Assembly: GCA_903878285.1 (NCBI GenBank)
Contig: CAIRHB010000002.1
Coordinates: 808 to 64,807 of the forward strand
Length of the DNA: 64,000 nt
Source of the DNA: Candidatus Adlerbacteria bacterium
GTDB taxonomy: Bacteria > Patescibacteriota > Minisyncoccia > Phycocordibacterales > SBAW01
Direction of reading: 5' to 3'
The translations under genes were made by a program, and so were the position numbers. A model generated the notes under the pieces. It searched no databases. It saw only the letters and a program-made list of their open reading frames with translations, and had not been told where the DNA came from. Each line of letters opens with the position of its first letter. Position 1 is the stretch's first letter. Below are positions 36,019 through 45,109 of this stretch, in pieces.

Positions 36019-36966
36019 CTAATTTGATTGCCCCACTACCTTATCATAGAGATATACATTATGACGATCTTTTGCTGTTGGTGGGCAGCGAGGATATGCT
36101 TCACACGTACTGTTGTAAATCAACACACGGAACGAAGCAGGATCTGCTCCAGAAATAATGTTTGATCCTGACCACACGTGGTTTTTGTCTTTTTCATAAA
36201 CATCAGAAAGAAGGGTGTACGATTCTGGGTCAGCGTCAGGAATCACGCTACCTTGAAAATATACAGCTTGAGTATCTGTTGCATACAGAGTCGACCAAGC
36301 TGTGGATACATTCTTGTTCTGCGGCATAACTGCAAACGAAGGCGCATCTGCGCCAACAATCTCGTTACACGAAAACCACACATGACGCGCATCCTTCGCA
36401 TACTGATTTTGATTTGGAAGTAGCATAAACGTGGTTGGATCAGCGCCTTGCAGTACATCACCGCCCTGTAGCATAATGCCTCCACAATAGACACGATCTG
36501 TATCAATCGAATACAAACCGATACTGTTAGTGTCGTTTATCAGTTTTTTGTAGCTTGACGCATCAACCCCAGTACCAAACAAGACAGGTGAAGATATGCC
36601 GCGAGTAAAGACGTACATCTCTGCTCGCACAAAGGGTACGGCGACCAAGAACAACGCAAGCGCCACAATACTGGAAGACCAGTAGCGTTTACTCTGATAC
36701 AAGAAGTACGTCGCGAGAAAATTCAGTACAAAAACAATGAACAACTCAAGCAGCGGTGCACTGTATGTCCAGAGTATGTACCCAAAGGCGGGAAAAATAA
36801 AAAGAAAAGATAATAGAGGAGAGGCATTAGGAGCCCCAGCGCCATCTGCCACACCAAATAAAGCTCCCAGGAACACGAGCAGCGCTGTTGGTATAAGCGC
36901 TATGGTCGTAACAACCACACACGCCATTGTGAGATAATACAAACTACGTGCTAGTGTTTCTTTCAT
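36019..36966 (-). CDS. Membrane protein with DKNxY-type repeats
   Basis: N-terminal TM helices are followed by repeated DARHVWF / DKNHVW / DRHNVYLYDKV motifs. Confidence 0.45.
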   Translation of the reverse strand: MKETLARSLYYLTMACVVVTTIALIPTALLVFLGALFGVADGAGAPNASPLLSFLFIFPAFGYILWTYSAPLLELFIVFVLNFLATYFLYQSKRYWSSSIVALALFLVAVPFVRAEMYVFTRGISSPVLFGTGVDASSYKKLINDTNSIGLYSIDTDRVYCGGIMLQGGDVLQGADPTTFMLLPNQNQYAKDARHVWFSCNEIVGADAPSFAVMPQNKNVSTAWSTLYATDTQAVYFQGSVIPDADPESYTLLSDVYEKDKNHVWSGSNIISGADPASFRVLIYNSTCEAYPRCPPTAKDRHNVYLYDKVVGQSN

Positions 36967-37059
36967 ATACCGACTAGAGATAGGTAACCGAAATTATTGT
37001 ACCAGAACCCCACCGCTCGCCCTTCGATGTTGTTCATATTAGTAGTATACTATAACACT

Positions 37060-37596
37060 ATGAGCACACAGGAGCGAGCAAGTCGTGCGAATACTGGCTT
37101 TACACTCATCGAGTTGTTGGTCGTCATTTCGATTATCGGACTCCTCGCGAGTATCATCCTCGCGTCGCTTACCTCGGCAAGAGGTAAGGCGAGAGACGCC
37201 GCTATAAAATCAGAGACTGGACAGATGCAAACACTGGAGGAGGAGAATGCGAATGATTATGGCAATTATACAAACCTACAGCCTGCCATAGCAGCGGGTG
37301 GTTGGTGGATGATGACCAACACACCAACCTGTGCAGCATACATCACTGCAGGAAACTATGCAACACAAGCACAGCAAGTGTGTAACAATATTATAAGTCT
37401 GGAAGGCAACCCAAGTAGTGGTAATTACTTCTTTCTAGGGAATCTAGGGCTCAGCAGTTGCACTGCGTATAATCCTCAAAAGTATTCGATGATTATCTGG
37501 CTCCCAAACCAAGCCACTTGGTGGTGCGCAGGGAGTGATGGCGTAGGAACCGACTCAGGGTCTGGTAATACACCAGGGTGTTACTGTAATCCTTAA
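37060..37596 (+). CDS. Type IV pilin / pseudopilin (prepilin-type N-terminal cleavage-methylation domain)
   Basis: The class III signal G|FTLIELLVVISIIGLL is present. The start was reset to the Met 7 aa upstream of the cleavage site. A TATAAT-like box lies upstream. Confidence 0.8.
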   Translation: MSTQERASRANTGFTLIELLVVISIIGLLASIILASLTSARGKARDAAIKSETGQMQTLEEENANDYGNYTNLQPAIAAGGWWMMTNTPTCAAYITAGNYATQAQQVCNNIISLEGNPSSGNYFFLGNLGLSSCTAYNPQKYSMIIWLPNQATWWCAGSDGVGTDSGSGNTPGCYCNP

Positions 37597-37613
37597 AAAT
37601 CACAGCTCAACGA

Positions 37614-38444
37614 TTACTCTTTCGGTAGTGAGTACGTGAGTTTGCCATCCATGTCGATACCAAAGGTGATGCCGAGCGGGTCGGCGGGGGTTTCGGTGAG
37701 GATGCCCGCAGTGACAAGACTGTCGAGCGTTTTTGGATACACACCGTAGTGCTTTTTATAGAGCGCGATTGCTTGGTCGAGCACATCCATGATGTCGATA
37801 TGCTCAACGGCATTCTTTGCCTGTTGTCGCACCACATCGTCTTTGGAGTTGTCGTAAATCGCTGTCCAAATTGCTTTTGTCTTCTCGCGCAGGTCGGTGC
37901 GCGCGCCATAGTTGAGCGCCGAGATACGCACACCGTCGGGCACGCCGGGCGTAGTGGCGGTTGTGGTCATGTACAGCTGCGCATCTTGCTCATCCTTCAG
38001 CGACAAGTGGTAGGTCATCGCGAGATAAAACGGGATATGCCAATCAGCAAGACGCTGCGCCACACCCGCCTTCCCTATCGCGAGAGCATTTTGAAGCTCG
38101 TCTTGGTCCATCATTGGGATCATCAAAACACCGAACGCGTAGGGGTAGCTCCACTTGGGGTCGAGCGCGTTAATCGTCTGGATATTATTTGCCAGCCCAA
38201 GGAACGAGCCTTGCGTGCCGATGTTTTGTATCACCCCGAGCCACAAGAGCGACGCAGTCGCGGTGTGGAGCCCCAAGTCTGCTATCTGCAGCATCGTTGG
38301 CGAGTAGTAGGTAAAGATCTGCGCCGACTTTTTTGGCTGATGCGCATCACTCTGCAGCTGTGCGCCGATAATCCCCGCAAGCAGCGCTACTGCGAGTATC
38401 CACCAAACCAGTATTGTATACGGCCGTCGCATAGCATGCTGCAT
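37614..38444 (-). CDS. Hypothetical membrane-anchored protein
   Basis: The start was reset to MQHAMRRPYTILVWWILAV, giving a 4-nt overlap with the upstream permease stop. Confidence 0.45.
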   Translation of the reverse strand: MQHAMRRPYTILVWWILAVALLAGIIGAQLQSDAHQPKKSAQIFTYYSPTMLQIADLGLHTATASLLWLGVIQNIGTQGSFLGLANNIQTINALDPKWSYPYAFGVLMIPMMDQDELQNALAIGKAGVAQRLADWHIPFYLAMTYHLSLKDEQDAQLYMTTTATTPGVPDGVRISALNYGARTDLREKTKAIWTAIYDNSKDDVVRQQAKNAVEHIDIMDVLDQAIALYKKHYGVYPKTLDSLVTAGILTETPADPLGITFGIDMDGKLTYSLPKE

Positions 38445-38446
38445 GA

Positions 38447-39220
38447 TTAGAGTTCGCGCTTCGCCAACAGTCTCGAAGAAAGCCACAACAAAAGCCCCGT
38501 GTACAAGAGCGCATACACCATCACCCACACGACCCCAAACAGTGTTGGTGCGCTGCTGTAGATTATCGTGTCGCGGATAGCAAACTTATCGAGGTTGGGT
38601 AGGACGTAGTACAGCGCTTTTGATACATACACGAGGAAGCCGCCACTGCGTGCCGCATACGAGACGAGCAACCCGAGCGAGTGCCCCACATAGAGAAAAA
38701 TGATGGCATAGATAATCGATGCGAGCGGGCGCGAAAAGGTGGAGAAGAATATCGTCAACGCGGTCAAGAGCGCCAGCTCGAGCAACTCATACCACACCGC
38801 AAGTATCGCAAGCGCATCAAACCCGCCACCCTCATACCACACCACCCCGAGATACACCGCCAGCATACCCGCCAAAGACACCCCGATGCTCGCAAGAAGC
38901 CCCGCAAATTTGCCGACGACCAGCTCGCCACGCGCAATAGGCTTGGAGAGGATAAAGTATAGCGTCCGGCGCTCGAGCTCTTTGTATATGAGCGACACCC
39001 CGAGGAAGATGGTGCTGAGCAAGCCAAAGAGGTAGATGCAGGCAAGCCCGATGCTGCGGATGATGTGTATGTTCTCGCCCAGCGAGATGGAACCCAGAAA
39101 GATAGTAAACGTGATAAACACAAACGCGAACGCCACGATACCGTAGAATATCTTGTCGCGCACGCCTTCTTTAAACGTATTCTTCGCGATCGCGTAGCTG
39201 TGTTTTAGAAACGTGGTCAT
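38447..39220 (-). CDS. ABC-2 family transporter permease
   Basis: Six hydrophobic helices. It is immediately downstream of an ABC ATPase. Confidence 0.6.
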   Translation of the reverse strand: MTTFLKHSYAIAKNTFKEGVRDKIFYGIVAFAFVFITFTIFLGSISLGENIHIIRSIGLACIYLFGLLSTIFLGVSLIYKELERRTLYFILSKPIARGELVVGKFAGLLASIGVSLAGMLAVYLGVVWYEGGGFDALAILAVWYELLELALLTALTIFFSTFSRPLASIIYAIIFLYVGHSLGLLVSYAARSGGFLVYVSKALYYVLPNLDKFAIRDTIIYSSAPTLFGVVWVMVYALLYTGLLLWLSSRLLAKREL

Positions 39221-39232
39221 AGTGTGTATGTA

Positions 39233-39976
39233 TTACTGAGTATCGTCTTGCGCATCTTCTGCGTCAGTGAGCGACTCGATCGCCGCGACGAACTGCTCCT
39301 CCAGCGACTTGCCACGCGTAAACTCGTTGATAGGACCGCTAAAGAGTAGCGACCCTTGGTGCAGAATGCCAATCTCATCGCACAACTCTTCGGTATCAAA
39401 CAAAATGTGCGAGTTAAAGAAAATAGTCTTGCCGGCGCGCTTCAGCTCGCCGATGATGACCTTGAGTGCGCGACGACCGATAGGGTCGAGACCGTCCAGC
39501 GGCTCGTCGAGGAATATGTATTCGGGATCATTAACGAGCGCCTGCGCAAAACCCAAGCGCTGCTTCATCCCCTTGGAGTAGGTCGTTATCTTTTGGTTGC
39601 GTGCCTCAAAGATGCCCACTTTTTTGAGCAACTCGTCGATTTCATCCTGACTCGCACGATGTTTGGTAAATAACTCGCTGCAAAAGGTGAGAAACTCAAG
39701 CCCCGTGAGATGCTCGTAGAAGTACGGCGCCTCGGGCATAAAGCCAATCTGCTCGCGGGCGCTCGCCTCGCTCGGCGCCTTGCCATCGATCGTAACCGCA
39801 CCCGCATCCGGCTTGTTGAGCCCGACCAGCATCTTGATGGTTGTTGTCTTGCCAGCGCCGTTGGGGCCCAAAAAACCAAACACCGTACCCTTTTTGATAC
39901 GCAGGTTGAGCCCGTCGACCACCACACGCCCGTTGATTTCTTTTGTGACATCAGCAACCGAAATCATATATACCAA
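39233..39976 (-). CDS. ABC transporter ATP-binding protein
   Basis: Walker A (GPNGAGKTT), an ABC signature-like YSKGMKQRL, and Walker B (IFLDEP). Confidence 0.9.
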   Translation of the reverse strand: MVYMISVADVTKEINGRVVVDGLNLRIKKGTVFGFLGPNGAGKTTTIKMLVGLNKPDAGAVTIDGKAPSEASAREQIGFMPEAPYFYEHLTGLEFLTFCSELFTKHRASQDEIDELLKKVGIFEARNQKITTYSKGMKQRLGFAQALVNDPEYIFLDEPLDGLDPIGRRALKVIIGELKRAGKTIFFNSHILFDTEELCDEIGILHQGSLLFSGPINEFTRGKSLEEQFVAAIESLTDAEDAQDDTQ

Positions 39977-40222
39977 TTAGTATAGCCGCGTCGCGTCGCT
40001 TGCCAAGTCTGTACAATCCACACAACAGTGTAGTGGTGTTATAGAGCGCCGTCGGGATAGGTAATCCCCCTCTGCGCGCACCCTGATAAGGCAGTAGCCC
40101 CTTTCGCGCCACACGAGGGATGGACGTTGCGGCCGCGGCGTCGAGGTAGACATGATATCTCCTTGTGTTTGAACTCCAAAACACATATTGACGACAGAGT
40201 ACCGCGTACCGCGCTCCTGTAC

Positions 40223-42925
40223 CTACCGCACTTCCACTGTTTGCACACGTGCGACCCAGTGCCATAAATCGGTATTGGGCGGAGCAATCGAAATATTTAG
40301 ACACTGATTCGAGGTGTCAGCAGAAATGTTTGGTAACAACACCGCCCCAGTACCGACACCCTGCGCAACCCCATTATTACCGGAAACCCACGTCGCATTG
40401 CCCACACCTCGGTACAATACTCCACGTATACCAACGACGGAAGCGATGTTGCCAGCAGAAGCGGTATCTGTACCCACAAGCGAGGCTTCGACTGTATATG
40501 TTCTTGAGGTTGGTATATTGATGCAGTTCGTCGCGCTCGGCGCATTCCCGTCCGCAGTAAGCGTAGTAGGCGATGCACTTGTAGTTATTGCATGGAGTAT
40601 GAGCGTGCAGTATTGTGCGTCCCCCTGTCCAACACCCAAGTTCCCCGACGCGGAACAGTTACTACCAACACGACCACGATCCGTCGCATAACTTCCCGTC
40701 ACCATGGAGTAGTTCCCTGTCGCACTGTTCGCGATTCCCATTGCGACTGCTTGAGACGCATTCGCGGTGTTCGAAAGACCCATGGCGATTGTGCCAATCC
40801 CGTTACTTACGTTTCCACTCCCAATAGCGGTTGAGCTTGCTGCGTTGCTTGTATTATCGTTGCCAATAGCAATAGCCCCAGCACCGCTCGCGACATGCGA
40901 GTTTGATGTCCGCATTGGTTGTATCTCGACTGAGTTCGCCCCACGCGCACTGCCACCAAAACCCACGGACGTGTAAATTCCACTCATACTATTTTCTACC
41001 CATATGTTCGACGTCCCATTATCTGCCGCAGGCGAAGTTGTGTTTATGATGTTATTTTGAGACACGATATTGTTTGTCGCACCCGCATCAAGCGTGATAC
41101 CATTACCATCACCGCTGCCGCCCATAAATCCTGAGAAAACATTATTCGAAATGACACCATGACCCGCACCGTTACCAAAATAAAGTGCCGTACCACCTTG
41201 CGTGGGACTACCGAAGAACATATTGTTCGTAACCTGCGGTTCTAGGACACCTACGATATTCAGTTCATTCGCTGGCGACACTTCGCCATCAAAGAAATTG
41301 TTGTTAATCTGCACGCCAGTCAAAGTCCCTGCGCCCGACGTATCCAGATATACACCACGCATCACATACGAGTTTGACAAAACGAACTGCTCACCTGCAC
41401 CCGCGCTCGCATCCCAGAAGATTGACTGGGACGCCGCAGCAACATTCAATCCTCGCGCGATAACACCTTGTACGTAGGGACCGATGTAGAGAAAACGATA
41501 CCCGTTCCATGACACAATGTTGTCAAGCATGAGTCCAATGCTGTAAATGCCCGCTCCCACATCACCCTTGAAGGAGATCGCGGTTGAATTTGAGGAGAGA
41601 AAGAATGTTGAGTTGCTCACATACGCCTGCGTAGGTAGTTTTGTTATATCGATACCGAAGTTCCATGCACCCACAAAAGAACAATTCTCAACATAGAATG
41701 GATTCCCCTGCTGCCCACCAACCGCATTGGTTGTCACTTTGATAGCGCTTGAACCAGGCGTCGTGTTGGTATACGAGAGTGTCAGGTTCCGAAACCCGAC
41801 GTACTGTCCGTTTCTGGTAGTATAGTGTGCAATCTGTATATCGAACGCGTCCGCTTGCCCCGTCTGAGTAATGGTTGTGATGCCTGGACCTTGACCCTCA
41901 ATCATGAAGCCTTGTTGTGCGGACATGGCGACTGTTTGCGCGGCCGACAATTTGAAATTACCTGCTGGCAAAACAATCTTTGCACCAAAAGGTCTCGACA
42001 AAGCAGCAGTAATTGCGGCAGTAAATGCTGTATCACTGTTAGTCACTCCCGTAGGATCCGCCCCAGCGTATGACATGATCGATATTGTGTCTCCTGTCCA
42101 CGCTGCCAACGTCCTCGCCGTCGTCGCACCTGTTGCCAAGACAGTCGATGAACTGACATCACCACCAACACTGCTGCAGTCCGTCCCTGTGCCAGCCACA
42201 TTCCCACTCGCGTCAGTATGCAGACACTGAGCCGTGCCAACCGCATTAGAGAGACTGAGTGCCGGAATCGTTGTAGTTCCTGTAAGCGTCCCGCCCGAGA
42301 GGGGAAGATAGTTGCTTGCGGTAATGTTTGTTGGAATATCAGATGCGGTTAATCCCGAAACACCGTTCACCTGTGCACCGGAGATAGTGACGTTGTTGAG
42401 ACTGTTGATACGTTGCGAAGCAGCAATCGCGCCCCACACACCGCCACCTGCCATTGTGGACGTAGCACCGTAGAGTGCTTGGTGCAATTGCTCTTGAGTC
42501 ACAAGGTCAGTTTGCGTGGCATCGGGGGTACTGGTGGCGGTGGTCGTCGCCGTTGTTGTGGTAGTGCTTGTAGCAACAGAGGTTGTGCTGGTCAGCTTTT
42601 GCAGCAACGCGAGTGTCTTGGGACCTACTGAGCCCGTTGGTGTGAGTTTGTGTGTCTTCTGAAATGTGGTTACTGCTTTGGTAGTAGCCGGACCGTAGGT
42701 GCCATTAGGAGTTGCGGCAAGGAAACCTTGTGCTGCAAGAAACTGCTGCAGTGCAAGGACGTCAGCGCCATTGTCATTTTTGGTGAGGGTATGGGTGATA
42801 GACACTGTAGGTATTGCAGTAGTTACAACAGATGGAGAGGTTGTTGCGGTGGTGGTGGCAAAAACGAGCGCAGGGACAGACAGCAAAAAGATGGCAGTAG
42901 CTGCCACAGACGCGTTGTATTGCAT
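40223..42925 (-). CDS. Large secreted surface protein: signal peptide, peptidoglycan-binding domain, Thr/Ser-rich linkers, right-handed parallel beta-helix repeats
   Basis: PG_binding_1-like LALQQFLAAQGFL...GPKTLALL segment. The beta-helix region is very Gly/Asn/Ser/Thr-rich. The start was set at MQYNASVAATAIFLL, the signal peptide. The alternative upstream ATG at 42979 would read through the poly-C tract. Confidence 0.65.
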   Translation of the reverse strand: MQYNASVAATAIFLLSVPALVFATTTATTSPSVVTTAIPTVSITHTLTKNDNGADVLALQQFLAAQGFLAATPNGTYGPATTKAVTTFQKTHKLTPTGSVGPKTLALLQKLTSTTSVATSTTTTTATTTATSTPDATQTDLVTQEQLHQALYGATSTMAGGGVWGAIAASQRINSLNNVTISGAQVNGVSGLTASDIPTNITASNYLPLSGGTLTGTTTIPALSLSNAVGTAQCLHTDASGNVAGTGTDCSSVGGDVSSSTVLATGATTARTLAAWTGDTISIMSYAGADPTGVTNSDTAFTAAITAALSRPFGAKIVLPAGNFKLSAAQTVAMSAQQGFMIEGQGPGITTITQTGQADAFDIQIAHYTTRNGQYVGFRNLTLSYTNTTPGSSAIKVTTNAVGGQQGNPFYVENCSFVGAWNFGIDITKLPTQAYVSNSTFFLSSNSTAISFKGDVGAGIYSIGLMLDNIVSWNGYRFLYIGPYVQGVIARGLNVAAASQSIFWDASAGAGEQFVLSNSYVMRGVYLDTSGAGTLTGVQINNNFFDGEVSPANELNIVGVLEPQVTNNMFFGSPTQGGTALYFGNGAGHGVISNNVFSGFMGGSGDGNGITLDAGATNNIVSQNNIINTTSPAADNGTSNIWVENSMSGIYTSVGFGGSARGANSVEIQPMRTSNSHVASGAGAIAIGNDNTSNAASSTAIGSGNVSNGIGTIAMGLSNTANASQAVAMGIANSATGNYSMVTGSYATDRGRVGSNCSASGNLGVGQGDAQYCTLILHAITTSASPTTLTADGNAPSATNCINIPTSRTYTVEASLVGTDTASAGNIASVVGIRGVLYRGVGNATWVSGNNGVAQGVGTGAVLLPNISADTSNQCLNISIAPPNTDLWHWVARVQTVEVR

Positions 42926-42940
42926 GCTACCAGTGTGCCA

Positions 42941-42951
42941 CCCCCCCCCCC
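42941..42951. repeat. Homopolymeric C11 tract (G11 on the coding strand of the surface-protein gene)
   Basis: Eleven consecutive C read directly from the sequence, 16-26 nt upstream of the chosen start codon. Confidence 0.9.
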
Positions 42952-43004
42952 GCGATTGTGCAAGGTGGGTTGTACACAATACTAGGAAGGTAGATGCGCC
43001 ACTG

Positions 43005-44246
43005 TTATCGCACCGCTTTGGACACTGCTTCGACTACTCCATTGTCGAAGGGTCCGGGGATGATTTTGTTGGCAGTGGGGCGCTTGACTAACGCGGCGAG
43101 ATTCTTTGCAGCAGTGAGTTTCATCTTGTCGGTAATCTTGGATACGCGGCGATCGAGTGCACCGCGAAAGATGCCCGGAAAGACGAGCGAATTGTTAATT
43201 TGGTTGGGATAGTCGGAGCGACCAGTAGCGACGACTGCAGCACCACCTTTTTTTGCTTCGTCGGGTAGGATCTCGGGCACTGGGTTAGCAAGCGCAAAGA
43301 CAATTGGCTGCGCCGCCATCAGCTGCACCTCCTTCGCAGTCATGAGCCCTGGGCCGGAGACACCGACAACTACGTCTGCGCCCGTGAGCGCCTCCGCCAA
43401 ACCGCCCACGATACCGCGCGGATTCGTCTGCGACGCCAGCTCTTTTTTGTATCCCGACAGCTCTGGCCGTGCAGTACTCAAAATGCCTTTGCTGTCGAGC
43501 ACGATGATGTCTCTGACACCCGCAAGCAGCAGCAACTGAGTAATCGCTGTTCCCGCGGCACCAGCGCCCGAGACGACCACTTTCAACTTTTTAAAATTCT
43601 TTTTGACTATGACTGCTGCGTTGCTAAGCGCTGCAAGCACGACAATCGCCGTGCCATGTTGGTCGTCGTGCATCACGGGGATGTCGAGCGCCGCTTTGAC
43701 GCGCTCCTCTATCTCGAAGCAGTCGGGCGCGGCAAAATCCTCTAGGTTAATGCCACCAAACGCGGGTGCTATGGCGAGAATTGTCTCGACCACCACGTCG
43801 ATGCGCCGCTCGGCCGGCGTGTTGGCAGGGATGTCGAGCACGATCGGGAACGCGTCGACGTTCGCGAATGTTTTAAAGAGTGCGACTTTGCCCTCCATCA
43901 CTGGCAGCGCGCCGTAGGGGCCGATGTTGCCGAGCCCTAAGACGGCAGTGCCATCGGAGATAACCGCGACCATACGGCTTTTAATCGTATATTGTTTGGC
44001 AAGCGCAGATTGTTTGGAAACGGCATGCAGCGCACCCTTCTTGCCCGCAATGAGCGTCGACACCGCACCAACGCCCGGCGTGTACACGAGCGATAAATCT
44101 GCCCGCGTCTTAATCGGCGCCGCTGGCACCACACGAATCTTCCCCTGCAACTTCTTGTGTAACACAATCGCTTGCTGCGCAGTAGTTTCTTTCGTACCAC
44201 CCTTTGCCCCACTCTTCTTTGTACCCTTCGTGTGTTTGATAGCCAT
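43005..44246 (-). CDS. NAD(P)-dependent malic enzyme (short form)
   Basis: Motifs DLSLVYTPGV and VISDGTAVLGLGNIGP, plus the Rossmann motif VVSGAGAAG. Confidence 0.85.
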   Translation of the reverse strand: MAIKHTKGTKKSGAKGGTKETTAQQAIVLHKKLQGKIRVVPAAPIKTRADLSLVYTPGVGAVSTLIAGKKGALHAVSKQSALAKQYTIKSRMVAVISDGTAVLGLGNIGPYGALPVMEGKVALFKTFANVDAFPIVLDIPANTPAERRIDVVVETILAIAPAFGGINLEDFAAPDCFEIEERVKAALDIPVMHDDQHGTAIVVLAALSNAAVIVKKNFKKLKVVVSGAGAAGTAITQLLLLAGVRDIIVLDSKGILSTARPELSGYKKELASQTNPRGIVGGLAEALTGADVVVGVSGPGLMTAKEVQLMAAQPIVFALANPVPEILPDEAKKGGAAVVATGRSDYPNQINNSLVFPGIFRGALDRRVSKITDKMKLTAAKNLAALVKRPTANKIIPGPFDNGVVEAVSKAVR

Positions 44247-44285
44247 AGAGAGAGTATAGCAGAGTAAAACACCCTCCGACGAGAT

Positions 44286-44308
44286 CCGCCGAGGTTAAAC
44301 CTCGGCGG
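44286..44308. repeat. REP-like palindromic hairpin, copy 1 (CCGCCGAGGTT-A-AACCTCGGCGG)
   Basis: Palindrome with an 11-bp stem. It is identical to copy 3 over about 28 nt. Confidence 0.8.
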
Positions 44309-44329
44309 AAATAATAGCGAGACTCTGTA

Positions 44330-44815
44330 CTACAGATGACGCGGAGAAAGAACCGCAACAGCATTACCAGAAAATACCTGTTGCATTCTTCGTTCCAAGA
44401 CACGAACACCAACCTGTGTACCGATACTGGCAAAGCCTGCAGAGTTCTGGACAAGAAAGCGCACCTCTCCATCTGCCGTTGTTTCGAAGCCATAGACAAG
44501 CACAAAGTGACCACCCTTTCTCGGCGGCGAATTTTCCGTATGCAGTCGTATCTCTGGGTGCACCGAAGCCATAACATACCAACCCATGAGCAACCTGACA
44601 CGGATACACAACGTACTCATTCTACGCTCGGGTCGCGCAATAAGACCATGTCGCATCCACAGGGTCTCGGCGAGCTCTTGATGATAGGCGCCACGCCATC
44701 CTTTTTCTACACTTTCTATGCGGTACGCAGAACAATCGACCGCGCCGTAGAAAAGTCTTTCAAGAGGAGGCGCGACCATCCCTTCGGCCTTCAATATCAT
44801 TTGGAGGCAGCACAT
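44330..44815 (-). CDS. Hypothetical protein, possibly papain/C39-like peptidase fold
   Basis: There is a Cys near the N-terminus and a GGHFVLVYG block reminiscent of the C39-like His region. This is weak. The overlapping plus-strand ORF looks non-coding. Confidence 0.3.
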   Translation of the reverse strand: MCCLQMILKAEGMVAPPLERLFYGAVDCSAYRIESVEKGWRGAYHQELAETLWMRHGLIARPERRMSTLCIRVRLLMGWYVMASVHPEIRLHTENSPPRKGGHFVLVYGFETTADGEVRFLVQNSAGFASIGTQVGVRVLERRMQQVFSGNAVAVLSPRHL

Positions 44816-45064
44816 GGCACACCAATGAGCATTTGGCCGAGGAGATGCTTCGCATTAGAACTCTCAACCCAGCGCTCGACAGCTGACCGGTCGTCAATCT
44901 GGCAGGTATAGAAATCTGCCGGGTTGCGACCACGAAACAAGTCTGTCGATGTAGGAAAGTCTGCAAGACCCTCTAAACACATATGCTTTCTCCTTGTTTA
45001 CCGTTCCGAGGGCTAGAACTTGTATTTTTCAAGAAAAGTCACGGGGAAAAAACTTCCACACTAT

Positions 45065-45094
45065 CCGCCGAGGTTAAACCTCTAAACCTCGGCG
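45065..45094. repeat. REP-like hairpin, copy 2 (variant with enlarged loop)
   Basis: CCGCCGAGG-TTAAACCTCTAAA-CCTCGGCG. It lies 16 nt upstream of the RAYT start. Confidence 0.7.
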
Positions 45095-45109
45095 AAACAT
45101 GCTAGTATA

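Noticed and set aside
44336-44911. 191-aa plus-strand ORF overlapping the minus-strand 161-aa ORF
   Set aside because: The translation looks non-protein-like (Arg/Ser/Thr/His runs). The minus-strand frame has more plausible composition. Neither is strongly supported, so only the minus-strand call was kept, at low confidence.
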